64,000 bases of DNA from an uncultured delta proteobacterium. Its GTDB lineage: Bacteria > Desulfobacterota > Binatia > UBA9968. The notes below the pieces were generated by a model, which had not been told where the DNA came from, searched no databases, and was given only the letters and a program-made list of their open reading frames with translations. Position 1 is the first letter of the stretch, and every line of letters begins with the position of its first letter. The translations under genes were made by a program, and so were the position numbers. The stretch is from the NCBI GenBank assembly GCA_963804165.1, contig CAWDPO010000008.1, positions 1 through 64,000 of the forward strand, given 5' to 3'. Positions 1 to 10,252 of the stretch are shown one piece after another.

Positions 1-297
1 AGCGAAGATACAGAGGAAACTGAGTAACGCGGTCAAAAGCACCATGGAGATGCTCAAGCCGTCGACACCCATCGTGTAACTAATGTTGAAGCTGGGAATC
101 CAGTAATAATCTTCGACAAATTGAAAACCTGCCTTGGCGCGGTCGAAATTCTTAAACAGCCAAACCGCCATGAGTAGAGGCGGTACTGTTGCCGCCGCCG
201 AAACCCAGCGGATCAGCTTGGCGTTATTCGGGAGCGCGAGCACGATCACCGCCCCGGCAACGGGAATAAAGGTCATGTAGGTGAGCACGTTTTCCAT
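1..297 (-). CDS. nuoM: NADH-quinone oxidoreductase subunit M (5' part, runs off window)
   Basis: Manual translation from ATG at 297: MENVLTYMTFIPVAGAVIVLALPNNAKLIRW..., hydrophobic, directly downstream of nuoL. Confidence 0.9.
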   Translation of the reverse strand, partial: MENVLTYMTFIPVAGAVIVLALPNNAKLIRWVSAAATVPPLLMAVWLFKNFDRAKAGFQFVEDYYWIPSFNISYTMGVDGLSISMVLLTALLSFLCIFA

Positions 298-318
298 CGG
301 CTAGATTCTCCCTATAAC

Positions 319-2355
319 TCAGCTCGCGTAACGCAATTTGGCGATGATGAGCAGCACCACCGCGATCAAAATGCCGTAAAGATAGCTGTTGATGTTGCCG
401 GTCTGGACGCGGCGAATCTTATTGCCGATCCCGAAAGTGATATTGGCGATCGCGTTGACCATGCCGTCGATGATGTACTGGTCGAACAAACCGTTGAGCC
501 AAGAGGCGAACCGGACTAACGCCGCTGAGCCGTTGACGATGCCGTCGATAATATACTGGTCGAACAACGAACCCAGGCGCGCCAGCAGCAAAGTGCCGTC
601 AACGAAAATCACTTGGTAGATTTCATCGAAATACCATTTGCGGTCGAATAAACGATAGAGAAATCCGCCCGCAAGGTTCACGAATATCTCCGGCGACAGT
701 ACTTCACGACGATACATGAGATAGGCGATCAACGCGCCAAACGAAGCCACCGATACCGATACGGCCATCAACCCCCATTCGAGCGCGTGTGAAGCATGTC
801 CCTCTCCGTGCGCGTGGATTACGGGTTCGAGCCAATGAGCGAACTGGCTGCCGCCGAGCACGCCCGGAAGGCCGATTAAACCGGCGAACACCGCGCCGAT
901 CGCCAAGACGACTAACGGTATCGTCATCACCTGAGGCGATTCGTGCAGATGCTCTTGGATATGGTGATCAGCCCGGCACTTGCCGTAGAACGTCATGAAG
1001 AGCTGGCGAAACATGTAAAAAGCCGTCAGGCCCGCGCCGCACACGGCAAAAAACCAGATGCCCCAATGATCGTTGGAAGCGGCGAGCCAGAGAATTTCGT
1101 CTTTGGAAAAAAAACCGGCGAAGGGCGGGAAGCCCGCTATGGCGAGCACCGAAATGAAAAACGTGGCGAACGTTACCGGCATCCAGGCCTTGAGTCCGCC
1201 CATCTTGCGCATGTCCTGTTCGTGATGCATGGCGTGGATCACGCTGCCCGAGCCGAGGAACAGGCAGGCTTTGAAGAACGCGTGGGTCATGAGATGAAAA
1301 ATCGCCGCCGCATAGCCGCCGACACCGATGCCGATGAACATGTAGCCGAGTTGGCTCACGGTCGAGTAGGCGAGAACTTTTTTTATGTCGTTCTGCGTCA
1401 GCGCAATGCTGGCCGCGACCAGGGCGGTGGCGACACCGACCACAGCGATCACATGCAAAGTTAACGGCGCCATGGAAAAAAAGACATTCATGCGCGCGGT
1501 CATGTAAACGCCGGCAGTGACCATCGTCGCAGCATGAATCAACGCGCTGACCGGAGTCGGTCCGGCCATGGCGTCCGGCAGCCAAACAAAGAGCGGGATC
1601 TGCGCTGATTTACCGGTGGCGCCGACAAAAAGAAACAGTGTTGCCAACGTAATTGCCGGCACTCCCCAGATCATGGAATCTTTAATGGTCGGCGCCCATT
1701 TCACCATCTCGCGAAACGTGAGCGAGCCATGACCCTGCGCATCGAGAGTCCAAAACAGCAAGAACATGCCGAGGACAAAGCCAAAATCACCGACGCGGTT
1801 AACGATAAAAGCTTTATTGCCGGCCCTAGCGTTCGCGTGATCGGTGTACCAAAAGCCAATGAGCGCGTAAGAACACAAACCGACGCCTTCCCAGCCGACG
1901 AAAAGGACAAGCAAGCTGTCGCCTAAAACCAGCGTAAGCATCGCCGCGGTGAATAAATTCAAATAAGCAAAGAATCGCCAAAAGGCCTTGTCTTCGTGCA
2001 TGTAACCGGTGGCGTAGATGTGAATCAGTCCGCCGATACCGGTGACCACGAGAATCATCACGGCAGAGAGAGGATCGATCAGAAAAGCCATGTCGACTTT
2101 AAGCGAGCCCAGATCGATCCAAGGATAAAGATTATCGATGAGAAAGCGCTTTTCCGCTTCGAGCCCTTTCAGGATGAAAAAGGCGTAGAGCGACAAAACA
2201 AAGGCGATGACGACGGGGGCGCAGGCGAGAAACCCGATGGCGCCCTTGCCGAAGCTTTTCTGAATCTTCGCGCCCAGCAATCCGTTGATGATCGCGCCAA
2301 GCAGCGGCAGGAATACGATCCAGCGAATAAAGTCAGTCTGTATCGGATGGTCCAT
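319..2355 (-). CDS. nuoL: NADH-quinone oxidoreductase subunit L
   Basis: 678 aa; GKSAQIPLFVWLPDAMAGPTPVSALIHAATMV and DIKKVLAYSTVSQLGYM motifs. Confidence 0.97.
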   Translation of the reverse strand: MDHPIQTDFIRWIVFLPLLGAIINGLLGAKIQKSFGKGAIGFLACAPVVIAFVLSLYAFFILKGLEAEKRFLIDNLYPWIDLGSLKVDMAFLIDPLSAVMILVVTGIGGLIHIYATGYMHEDKAFWRFFAYLNLFTAAMLTLVLGDSLLVLFVGWEGVGLCSYALIGFWYTDHANARAGNKAFIVNRVGDFGFVLGMFLLFWTLDAQGHGSLTFREMVKWAPTIKDSMIWGVPAITLATLFLFVGATGKSAQIPLFVWLPDAMAGPTPVSALIHAATMVTAGVYMTARMNVFFSMAPLTLHVIAVVGVATALVAASIALTQNDIKKVLAYSTVSQLGYMFIGIGVGGYAAAIFHLMTHAFFKACLFLGSGSVIHAMHHEQDMRKMGGLKAWMPVTFATFFISVLAIAGFPPFAGFFSKDEILWLAASNDHWGIWFFAVCGAGLTAFYMFRQLFMTFYGKCRADHHIQEHLHESPQVMTIPLVVLAIGAVFAGLIGLPGVLGGSQFAHWLEPVIHAHGEGHASHALEWGLMAVSVSVASFGALIAYLMYRREVLSPEIFVNLAGGFLYRLFDRKWYFDEIYQVIFVDGTLLLARLGSLFDQYIIDGIVNGSAALVRFASWLNGLFDQYIIDGMVNAIANITFGIGNKIRRVQTGNINSYLYGILIAVVLLIIAKLRYAS

Positions 2356-2369
2356 CTAATCTTTCAAGC

Positions 2370-2404
2370 CTTGAACTTTTGAACGCTTGACTCGTTGAAC
2401 GAAC
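2370..2404. repeat. Short TTGAAC-core tandem repeat, intergenic
   Basis: cttgaacttttgaacgcttgactcgttgaacgaac; same core at 8921 and 20346-20474. Confidence 0.5.
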
Positions 2405-2715
2405 TATTCTTTCAGCGTCTCCGCCGCTTCGACATCGATAGTGTGGAAGAGTTGGAAGATCGCCAGGACGATAGCCAACCCCACCGCCGCCTCGGCAGCG
2501 GCGAGCATGATCACAAAAATAGCGTAGATTTGTCCGTCGGCATTGCCGCTGCTGAAATGAGAAAACGCCACGTAATTGATATTAGCGCTGTTGAGGATCA
2601 ACTCGACGCCCATCAGCACGCTGATGGCGTTACGCCGAGTCAAAACCGTGAACAATCCCAGAGAAAAAAGAATCGCGCCAATGATCAGATACGAAGAGAG
2701 GTCGTTGGGCGACAT
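2404..2715 (-). CDS. nuoK: NADH-quinone oxidoreductase subunit K
   Basis: 103 aa; RRNAISVLMGVELILN and AAAEAAVGLAI motifs. Confidence 0.96.
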   Translation of the reverse strand: MSPNDLSSYLIIGAILFSLGLFTVLTRRNAISVLMGVELILNSANINYVAFSHFSSGNADGQIYAIFVIMLAAAEAAVGLAIVLAIFQLFHTIDVEAAETLKE

Positions 2716-2717
2716 GG

Positions 2718-3218
2718 CTACTCTTTAATTTCCTTGCGCGACAGCACGACGGCGCCGATCAACGCGCCGAGCAAAACCAACGATGCCAACTCGAACGGAA
2801 GTAAATAGCTATACAAGAACAAGTCGCCGATCGTCGCCGTCGTCGCCGTGTGCACCACCTCTTTGGCTTTAACCCACGGAGTTACTCTAACGGTCTCGAT
2901 CAGGAGATAGACGAGGACGCCAATAATGATCAACGCGGGAATTCTCCCGGCGGCGCGGTTGGTCACCTCGACGTCGGTGATGCGATGGGTCAGCATGACG
3001 GCGAACAGAATCAAAACGAGAATGCCGCCGACGTAAATCAAGACCTGTACCGCCGCCACGAAGTCGGCGCCGAGGAAAATATAAATGCCGGCGACGCCCA
3101 TGAACGTCCCGAGTAACGAGAACGCCGAATAGATAATGTTTCTGGAAAACGCCACCATCGCGGCGGAACCCACCGTAATGAGAGCGATTAGATAGAAAAC
3201 CGCCGTCGATACCGTCAT
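2718..3218 (-). CDS. nuoJ: NADH-quinone oxidoreductase subunit J
   Basis: QVLIYVGGILVLILF and YLLPFELASLVLL motifs. Confidence 0.96.
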   Translation of the reverse strand: MTVSTAVFYLIALITVGSAAMVAFSRNIIYSAFSLLGTFMGVAGIYIFLGADFVAAVQVLIYVGGILVLILFAVMLTHRITDVEVTNRAAGRIPALIIIGVLVYLLIETVRVTPWVKAKEVVHTATTATIGDLFLYSYLLPFELASLVLLGALIGAVVLSRKEIKE

Positions 3219-3336
3219 AGCTTTTCGAACTGTTGGGATCTCGGAAAATTGAAGACGTTCTGGCTCAAATACCGGAAGATCCGATTCGGATCAAGGGGCT
3301 GGTTCTCTAATGCAGCTCGCCACCCCGTTCCCCCGC

Positions 3337-3894
3337 CTATCCCTCCTCGGCTGCGCCCCCTCCATCTGGCGTCGCGAACTCATCAAGATACTTTTGTCCG
3401 ATATCGACTTTAGTCACCAGTTTCGGATCTGTTTCCCCGCCTTTTTTCGGCTTATACAAATTCTGCGGCTGTGGCGCGAAGTGCCGTACCAGCCCTGCCG
3501 GATTGTAACTCGCCCCTTCGAATTCTTGAGAATGACGAATGGCCCCGGTCGGGCAGGCCTCGGAACAGAGGCCGCAGTACATGCACTTGCACACGTCGAT
3601 ATCAAAGTGAGTAAATTGGCGCACCTTGGTTTCTTTGTTCATCTCGATGCCGATCGTAATGCAGGTGATCGGACAGTCTCTTTCGCAAGCCAGGCAGCCC
3701 GTGCAAATATCCATATCGACTTCGAGGATGCCCCGGTAGCGGAGCGGCAAGGTTTGCTGGATCGGCACCGGAATTTTGTCCGGATATTGAATCGTCATCG
3801 GCCGGCGCACCAGGTGCGAAAACGTGATCGACATCCCTTCGAAGGTCGAGCTGATCGCCTGCCAGATATCCTTTCCGTAGCTTACGACATTCAT
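3337..3894 (-). CDS. nuoI: NADH-quinone oxidoreductase subunit I (2x4Fe-4S)
   Basis: CTGCLACERDCP and CMYCGLCSEACP ferredoxin motifs; TIQYP. Confidence 0.95.
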   Translation of the reverse strand: MNVVSYGKDIWQAISSTFEGMSITFSHLVRRPMTIQYPDKIPVPIQQTLPLRYRGILEVDMDICTGCLACERDCPITCITIGIEMNKETKVRQFTHFDIDVCKCMYCGLCSEACPTGAIRHSQEFEGASYNPAGLVRHFAPQPQNLYKPKKGGETDPKLVTKVDIGQKYLDEFATPDGGGAAEEG

Positions 3895-3907
3895 AAATCC
3901 TCAGCCG

Positions 3908-5104
3908 CTAAATTTGCGGTTTAAAATAAAGTTCCGGCTTCGCGCTGCGCACTTGAAATACCACGCGCCTGAAAAAATTGATGATCGTGGCAAGCGCAAA
4001 GCCCAACGTCAGGGCGCCAACGATGCGGCGCACATCGGCCGGCACGAACATGAAACCGATGGTGCCCAGCAAACAGATAAACGACAGCGGCACCATGTAT
4101 TTCCAACACAGCGCCATCAATTGGTCGACGCGCACCCGCGGCAGCGTGGCGCGCACCCACATGGCGACGAACACCCACAAATAAGCCTTTAAGAAAAACG
4201 TCACGAACTGAACGACACCCAAAAGTGCAGGGTGGTTGTCGAAGATGGCGAGCGGGGGAACTTGCCAGCCGCCCAGGAACAGTGTCGTGGCGACGGCGCC
4301 GATGACGTAGAGATTGCCCCACTCGGCGAAAAAGAAAAACAAAAAGCGCATGCCGCTGTATTCCGTAACATAGCCGGCGACGAGCTCCGACTCAGCTTCG
4401 GGAATATCGAATGGAGTGCGATTACCTTCGGCCAGCGCCGCCGTGAAATAAAGAAAGAATGCGGCAAAAGTGAAAGGGTTGTTGAACAGAAACCAGTCCC
4501 AAGGACCCCAGCCTTGGGCCTTTATGATGCCTTGCATGCTCATCGTGCCGGCGAGGAAAACAATGTTGAGCAATGCCAGACCCGCAGGGATCTCGTAGCT
4601 CACGATTTGCGCGGCCGAGCGCATGCCGCCAAGAAGCGACCACTTATTGTTCGACGCCCAGCCGGCCATGAGAATGCCGACTACGACCAGCGACGTGACG
4701 GCCAAAATGTAAAGAATACCGATGTTAAGATCCGCTACGATAAGATCTCCGCCGAAAGGGATCACGACAAAAGTGCAGAGAAAACCCATGAAAACGACGT
4801 AAGGAGCGAACGAGAAAAGCTTGGCGTCCGCCGCCGCCGGAATCAAATCCTCTTTGAGCAAGTTTTTAATGCCGTCGGCAAGCCATTGCAGAATGCCCTG
4901 CGGTCCGACCCGGTTCGGCCCAACGCGCGATTGCATGCGCGCCCACACGCGGCGTTCGAGCCAGCTCGTTACGCCGGCAAGAGGCGCCACAAACACGGAA
5001 AGCACGATCAACGCGGTGAGAACCATCGCGATGGCGTACACGACTTCTTTGGGTACGCCCGCAAAAGCGCCGTCTTGAATGAGCTGGTCAATAAAGGCTT
5101 GCAT
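3908..5104 (-). CDS. nuoH: NADH-quinone oxidoreductase subunit H
   Basis: ERR...RVGPNRVGP and NRTPFDIPEAESELVAGY motifs. Confidence 0.97.
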   Translation of the reverse strand: MQAFIDQLIQDGAFAGVPKEVVYAIAMVLTALIVLSVFVAPLAGVTSWLERRVWARMQSRVGPNRVGPQGILQWLADGIKNLLKEDLIPAAADAKLFSFAPYVVFMGFLCTFVVIPFGGDLIVADLNIGILYILAVTSLVVVGILMAGWASNNKWSLLGGMRSAAQIVSYEIPAGLALLNIVFLAGTMSMQGIIKAQGWGPWDWFLFNNPFTFAAFFLYFTAALAEGNRTPFDIPEAESELVAGYVTEYSGMRFLFFFFAEWGNLYVIGAVATTLFLGGWQVPPLAIFDNHPALLGVVQFVTFFLKAYLWVFVAMWVRATLPRVRVDQLMALCWKYMVPLSFICLLGTIGFMFVPADVRRIVGALTLGFALATIINFFRRVVFQVRSAKPELYFKPQI

Positions 5105-5125
5105 GATGGATTTGCGATTGCGCGC

Positions 5126-6266
5126 TTAGCGGTCGATCTCCGGAGCATCGACGTCGAGGCTGCCGATGAGCGCGATCAGATCGGCGAGCATGATTCCTTT
5201 GCTGATTTTGTCGATGATGCTCATTGCGGTATACGAGCCGGTACGAATTCTGACGCGATAAGGATACTCGCTGCCGTCGCTCACCACGTAAAAACCCATG
5301 TCGCCGCGCGGCGCTTCGACGCGCGCGTAGTATTCGCCCGCCGGCGGGCGAAATTTCTTTGGCACTTTGGAGATGGCCGGACCCTTTCGGCATCATCGCG
5401 AGACACTGGTGCAAAATTTTGCAGCTCTCTTGCATCTCGCGGATACGCACCCAGTAACGATCATAACTGTCGCCCAACGCGCCGACTTGCGCGGTGCCGA
5501 CAGGCACTTCAAAATCCAATTCTGGATAAATCGAATAAGGAATATCGCGCCGGATATCCCATTTTATGCCGGAGCCGCGCAGATTGGGTCCGACGAGATT
5601 GTACGAGAAAGCGTCTTCTTTGCTCACCACGGCCACTCCCGCGAGGCGCTCGATAAAAATCTTGTTGCCGGAAAGCAATCTGTTGAACTCATCGACGATC
5701 GGTTCGAAGTGATCTAAGAATGCGCCGATCCGGGTGCACGTTTCGGGAAAAATGTCGTAGCCGACGCCGCCGATGCGGATGTAATTGTAGGTTAATCGCG
5801 CGCCGCAGATCTCTTCCATCAAGTTGTTGATGGTCTCGCGCTCTCTCAGGGCGTGGACGAACGGCGTCATGGCGCCGATATCCTGACCGAATGTGCCGAC
5901 GGAGATCAGATGGCTGGCAATGCGGTTGAGCTCGCACGCGATCACCCGGCAAAATTCGCCGCGCCGCGTCACTTCCGTTCCCGCCAACTTTTCCGCGGCC
6001 AAGCAGAAAGCCTGGTTGGCGAACATGGCGGCCAGATAGTCGGCCCGATCGGTGTAAGGCACGTAACCGTGGTAGGTCACTTTCTCGCCGATTTTTTCGA
6101 TGGAACGGTGCAGATAGCCGACGTCTGGAATCGCTTCGCTGATCACCTCGCCGTCGGTTTTGACCACAAAGCGCAATACGCCGTGGGTGCTGGGATGCTG
6201 CGGTCCCACGCTGATGGTCATGTCTTCGGTATAGAAACCGCCCGATGCTTGTGCCGTTTCGCTCAT
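5126..6266 (-). CDS. nuoD: NADH-quinone oxidoreductase subunit D (one frameshift near 5382, probably a sequencing indel)
   Basis: [12 protein letters not shown] and GYLHRSIEK in one frame; C-terminal VEAPRGDMG...[12 protein letters not shown] in ORF 5126..5365; removing one G from AAAGGGTCC joins them. Confidence 0.93.
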
Positions 6267-6273
6267 AATGATT

Positions 6274-6779
6274 CTACCGCAGCAGTTTTTCGACCAGCGG
6301 CGCGCGCTGAGTGCTGATACCGTCGTATTCTTCCTGTTCGACGTAGTCTTTGCGCAGCGGATATCCAACCCAATCTTCCGGCAGCATGATTCGTCTCAAA
6401 TCGCTGTGCCCCTCGAAGATGACGCCGAACAGGTCGTAAACCTCGCGCTCGAACCAGTTCGCCACCTTCCAGACATTTTCTACGGTGGCGATCTTGGGAT
6501 TGTCCCGCGGCAAATCGACTTTGAGAACGATCTGATGGTTATGCGTATAGGAAAAAAGATGGTAAACGATTTGAATCTTTTCCTCTTTGGGCCAATCGAG
6601 CGCGGTCAAATCGGACAGCACTTCAAATCGATAACCCGGCGCATTGTGCAAGAAGCGGCAGACCTCGACGATCGCCGCGGCTCTACGCTCAAACAGGGAT
6701 CGAACACATCGGCCTTTAAATCGCCGACTTTTCCGGGGAACAGCTTTTCCAGCGAGGAGTAGATTTCCTTGGCGTCCAT
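6274..6779 (-). CDS. nuoC: NADH-quinone oxidoreductase subunit C (frameshift near 6678)
   Basis: ANWFEREVYDLFG...GHSDLRRIMLPEDWVGYPLRKDY; N-terminus MDAKEIYSSLEK starts at 6779 in another frame. Confidence 0.9.
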
Positions 6780-6814
6780 CTTCTTATTCTTGTCTTAAGC
6801 TCTCGGCCGGAGCC

Positions 6815-7312
6815 TCATCGCCGCGGTCGCGACGGTTTAACCAGCCAGCGCTCGCGCATCATTTTGTCTTGAATTCGCAGCAGTCCCTCAGTGAGCGCCT
6901 CGGGACGCGGTGGACAGCCGGGAACGTAAACATCGACGGGGACAATTTTATCGACACCTTTACAGACCGAATAAGCCAGTTGGAACAGCCCGCCGCAATT
7001 CGAACAGCTACCCATCGAAATCACATACTTCGGATCGGGCATCTGGTCATACAGCAGCTTGGTCCGCTTCGCCATCTTATAAGTAAGCGTGCCGGCGACG
7101 ATCATCAAATCCGACTGCCGAGGCGTAGCCCGGGGCACCGCTCCGAAGCGATCGAGATCGGCTCGAGGCCCGCCGGTCTGCATCAGCTCGATGGCGCAGC
7201 AGGCTAGACCGAACAGCATATACCACTGCGAGGAGGCACGGCCCCAGTTCAAAATATCGTCTACTTTTGTCGTGAAAACGGTTTCGGGTAGCGAGTTTAT
7301 CAGCGGTTTCAT
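6815..7312 (-). CDS. nuoB: NADH-quinone oxidoreductase subunit B
   Basis: [14 protein letters not shown] and [13 protein letters not shown] motifs. Confidence 0.97.
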   Translation of the reverse strand: MKPLINSLPETVFTTKVDDILNWGRASSQWYMLFGLACCAIELMQTGGPRADLDRFGAVPRATPRQSDLMIVAGTLTYKMAKRTKLLYDQMPDPKYVISMGSCSNCGGLFQLAYSVCKGVDKIVPVDVYVPGCPPRPEALTEGLLRIQDKMMRERWLVKPSRPRR

Positions 7313-7331
7313 CGCGTCTCTCCTATTCGCA

Positions 7332-7718
7332 TCAGGCCTTGATGTTCTTCACCCATTCTAAATCACCTTTGACCCAAGCGTAAACCAAGCCAAGAAAGAG
7401 AATGCCGACGAATATCAGAACCTCGACCAGCGCGAAGACGCCCGCTCCGCCCTCGACCCAGCGACGAAACACCGTGGCGACCGGGAAAATAAAGGCGATT
7501 TCAACCTCAAAGATAATAAAAATTAATGCCACAATGTAAAATCTGATGTTAAAATTCACCCAGGCGCTACCCATTGCCGGTTCGCCGCACTCGTAGGTCG
7601 ACAATTTTCGGGGTTGGGGATTGGACGGCCGGAGCAGTTTCCCAATCAGCAGATTAACCCCGACAAACCCAAGTCCTAATGCCGTAAACACTAGGACATT
7701 AGCAAAATCAAATAACAT
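7332..7718 (-). CDS. nuoA: NADH-quinone oxidoreductase subunit A
   Basis: KLSTYECGE and [14 protein letters not shown] motifs. Confidence 0.96.
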   Translation of the reverse strand: MLFDFANVLVFTALGLGFVGVNLLIGKLLRPSNPQPRKLSTYECGEPAMGSAWVNFNIRFYIVALIFIIFEVEIAFIFPVATVFRRWVEGGAGVFALVEVLIFVGILFLGLVYAWVKGDLEWVKNIKA

Positions 7719-7934
7719 CGTAAGTTTCCGTAATTACAATAGAAGAGGTTACGATTTCTTATAATCACAAAAGCTCCAGAGAATCAACCAGCGATCGGTA
7801 CCTCCTGGACCCCGCTAAGTTTGCGATCAAACTGATTTTTGACTACAGTCGACGCCGATTGGCGCGGCTGTCACTGTAAGCGACATATTGACCGCCGCCG
7901 GTCTGTAAACCGTTCGACTCCAGTTTGATCACCG

Positions 7935-8897
7935 ATGAGCTTTAGAGCGATTATCTGCGAAATTATCGTCATTTGCGCGGCTTGCCTGTGGCAAACCACG
8001 CTGGCCGGGGCGCAAACGCTTTTTACCCCGGTTCGAACTGCTTATAGCGCTCTCTCTGCGGGAATCGGCACACTCTGGTTGACCCACGAACAGGGATATT
8101 TCAAAAAACACGGCCTGGAATCGAATTTAATTTATATCCGTGGCGGGACGACTGCGGTTCAGGCGCTGCTCGCCGGCGAAATCCAATTTGGCCACCTGTC
8201 TCCCGCTCCAATGATGACCGCTTGGGCCCAAGGAGCGGACTTTGTCTGGATCGGCACGACGACGCATCAAATGGTTTTCACGTTGATAACCGACGCCGGC
8301 ATCGCTAAAGGCGCCGATCTTAAAGGCAAGAAAATCGGCATAACCCGGATCGGCTCGGCGAGTGATCTCGCTTTGCGCACGGCCCTGGAGCAGTTCGGTT
8401 TGGCAGCGAAGGATGTAACGATGATCTCGCTCGGCGGGATTCCTGATATTCTTGCGGCGATGAGGGCAGGCGCGGTGAATGGCGGTATCCTCTCGCCGCC
8501 GACATCGACTGCGGCGCGCGACATGGGGTACCGCCCGTTACTCCACATTCCGGATCTAGGGCGAGAATTCACTTTTTCCGGGATCGCGGCAAAGCGTGCC
8601 TTCGTGCAGAGTCAACCGGAAATCCCCCGCGCTTATATGGCATCGTTGACCGAGGGCGCCAAATCGTACAAAGAAGATTCTCGCGCGGCGGTGCGCGTCT
8701 TGCGAAAGTATTTGCGCGCCGACGATCGGATTCTTGAAGGCGGCTACAAAGAATACGGCGCGGCGATCTCAAGCCCGCCCTATCCAGGCCTGAAGGGTCT
8801 CGAGGCTGTCCGCGAAAGTCTGCTGGATTCGACGCCCCAGCTCAAACAAATCGACCTAAGAAAATTTATCGACGATCGATTCGTCAAAGCAAAATAG
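7935..8897 (+). CDS. SsuA/TauA/THI5-like solute-binding protein
   Basis: Signal peptide; GYFKKHGL and DLKGKKIGITRIGS. Confidence 0.85.
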   Translation: MSFRAIICEIIVICAACLWQTTLAGAQTLFTPVRTAYSALSAGIGTLWLTHEQGYFKKHGLESNLIYIRGGTTAVQALLAGEIQFGHLSPAPMMTAWAQGADFVWIGTTTHQMVFTLITDAGIAKGADLKGKKIGITRIGSASDLALRTALEQFGLAAKDVTMISLGGIPDILAAMRAGAVNGGILSPPTSTAARDMGYRPLLHIPDLGREFTFSGIAAKRAFVQSQPEIPRAYMASLTEGAKSYKEDSRAAVRVLRKYLRADDRILEGGYKEYGAAISSPPYPGLKGLEAVRESLLDSTPQLKQIDLRKFIDDRFVKAK

Positions 8898-8920
8898 CCG
8901 CGATTTCCGCGTTCCAGTCA

Positions 8921-8948
8921 TTTGACTTTGAACGTTGAACTTTTGAAT
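8921..8948. repeat. TTGAAC-core tandem repeat, intergenic
   Basis: tttgactttgaacgttgaacttttgaat. Confidence 0.5.
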
Positions 8949-8962
8949 CTATAGGAGTTCTT

Positions 8963-10174
8963 ATGAGAATCGAAACCGAGCGAAAAATGCGTCGCTGGCG
9001 CGAGCAGCGCTGGATCCTGGACCAGGTGATTCAAACCCGCGGCATCGACTGGGACCAGGGACGGACCGGAAAAATTCTCCGCAACTGCGGCCCGGCAGTC
9101 CAAGCGGATCTCCAGGAAGTTTGCCGGCGCATTCAAAAATTCGTCGATATCCCTCGCGAATTCTCCCGCGCTGCGGCGCGCCGCGAAGGTCAAGGCGGCG
9201 AAGCCGAATCTGCCGGGCACCTTGCCGAAGCGCGCGAGCATTACTACATCGCCGCCTGTTTCTACACCAACGCGATGTGGGCGATTTACGAAGACGGCAA
9301 TCCCGAGCGCATCCGTTGGCAGGAGAGGAAACGCGCTTGCTATGACAAGTTTATTCAATATGCCGGCCGCCCGATCGAGCGCGTCGAGCTGCCCTACAAC
9401 GGAAAAAAGATTCAAGCCATCTTGCATCTTCCTCCCGGGAGAAAAGCCAACGAGAAAGTTCCATGCGTCATGTACATTCCCGGTATGGACGGCGTCAAAG
9501 AAGACAACCCCGCGACCGGTGATCCATTTCTAGAGCGCGGCTTTGCAGTGCTCGCCATCGACGGTCCCGGGCAAGGCGAGACCCGGGAAGGCGGCATCAC
9601 CTGCACCGCGGCGAATTACGCCGATGCCGGCAAACTCGCTTGCGAGTACTTGGTTAAAAGGCCGGAGATCGATGCCGAGCGACTCGGCGTCATGGGTTCG
9701 AGCATGGGCTCCTACTGGGCACCGCGCGTGGTCGCTGAAGAAAAGCGGTTTAAAGCCTGTGCCGTGAGCGGCGTCTGCATGGAACCGGGTCAATACGCGA
9801 TCTTCAACATGTCGTCGCCGACCTTTAAGCTGAACTATATGTACATGTCGGGATACGATGACGAAGCCGCCTTCGACGAATTCACCAGAACGCTGTCTTT
9901 GCGCGGCGTCACGGCAAAAATCACCTGTCCTTACATGGTCGTCGCCGGCGAGGACGATGAGCACTGCGATATGAAATTTGTCTACGAGCTGATGGGCGAG
10001 ATTCCCGCGCCCAAACTGCTCTACGTCTTCGAAGGCGAGCGCCACTCGATTCGCAACCCCCGCTCCCGTTCGCTCGTGGTGAACTGGCTGATCGACACGT
10101 TGCTCGGCAAACCGTTCAAGTCGGAAATCGTCCGCGTCGAAACCAGCGGCAAGGAAGTCCGTCGGGATTGGTAG
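8963..10174 (+). CDS. Alpha/beta hydrolase (FrsA/2,6-dihydroxy-pseudo-oxynicotine hydrolase-like)
   Basis: IPGMDGVKE, IDGPGQGE, nucleophile elbow GSSMG, catalytic D/H candidates (GEDD, GERH). Confidence 0.85.
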   Translation: MRIETERKMRRWREQRWILDQVIQTRGIDWDQGRTGKILRNCGPAVQADLQEVCRRIQKFVDIPREFSRAAARREGQGGEAESAGHLAEAREHYYIAACFYTNAMWAIYEDGNPERIRWQERKRACYDKFIQYAGRPIERVELPYNGKKIQAILHLPPGRKANEKVPCVMYIPGMDGVKEDNPATGDPFLERGFAVLAIDGPGQGETREGGITCTAANYADAGKLACEYLVKRPEIDAERLGVMGSSMGSYWAPRVVAEEKRFKACAVSGVCMEPGQYAIFNMSSPTFKLNYMYMSGYDDEAAFDEFTRTLSLRGVTAKITCPYMVVAGEDDEHCDMKFVYELMGEIPAPKLLYVFEGERHSIRNPRSRSLVVNWLIDTLLGKPFKSEIVRVETSGKEVRRDW

Positions 10175-10176
10175 GT

Positions 10177-10240
10177 TCCGTGATCGTGACTCGTGTTCGT
10201 TTTCTCACGATCACGTTTCACGAGCACGAACGCGACACGA
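10177..10240. repeat. Intergenic TCGTG/CACGA inverted short-repeat array
   Basis: cgtgatcgtgactcgtg...cacgatcacg...cacgagcacga forms an imperfect hairpin. Confidence 0.45.
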
Positions 10241-10252
10241 TTAGTGAAACGG

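Noticed and set aside
5365-5390. Programmed frameshifting in nuoD (also nuoC, bioA)
   Set aside because: No canonical slippery heptamer with stimulator seen; window-wide indels are better explained by sequencing error
4232-5656. 474-aa plus-strand ORF and similar long shadow ORFs (e.g. 38475..39338, 35374..36141)
   Set aside because: Antisense or alternate frames of well-supported genes in GC-rich DNA; no motifs
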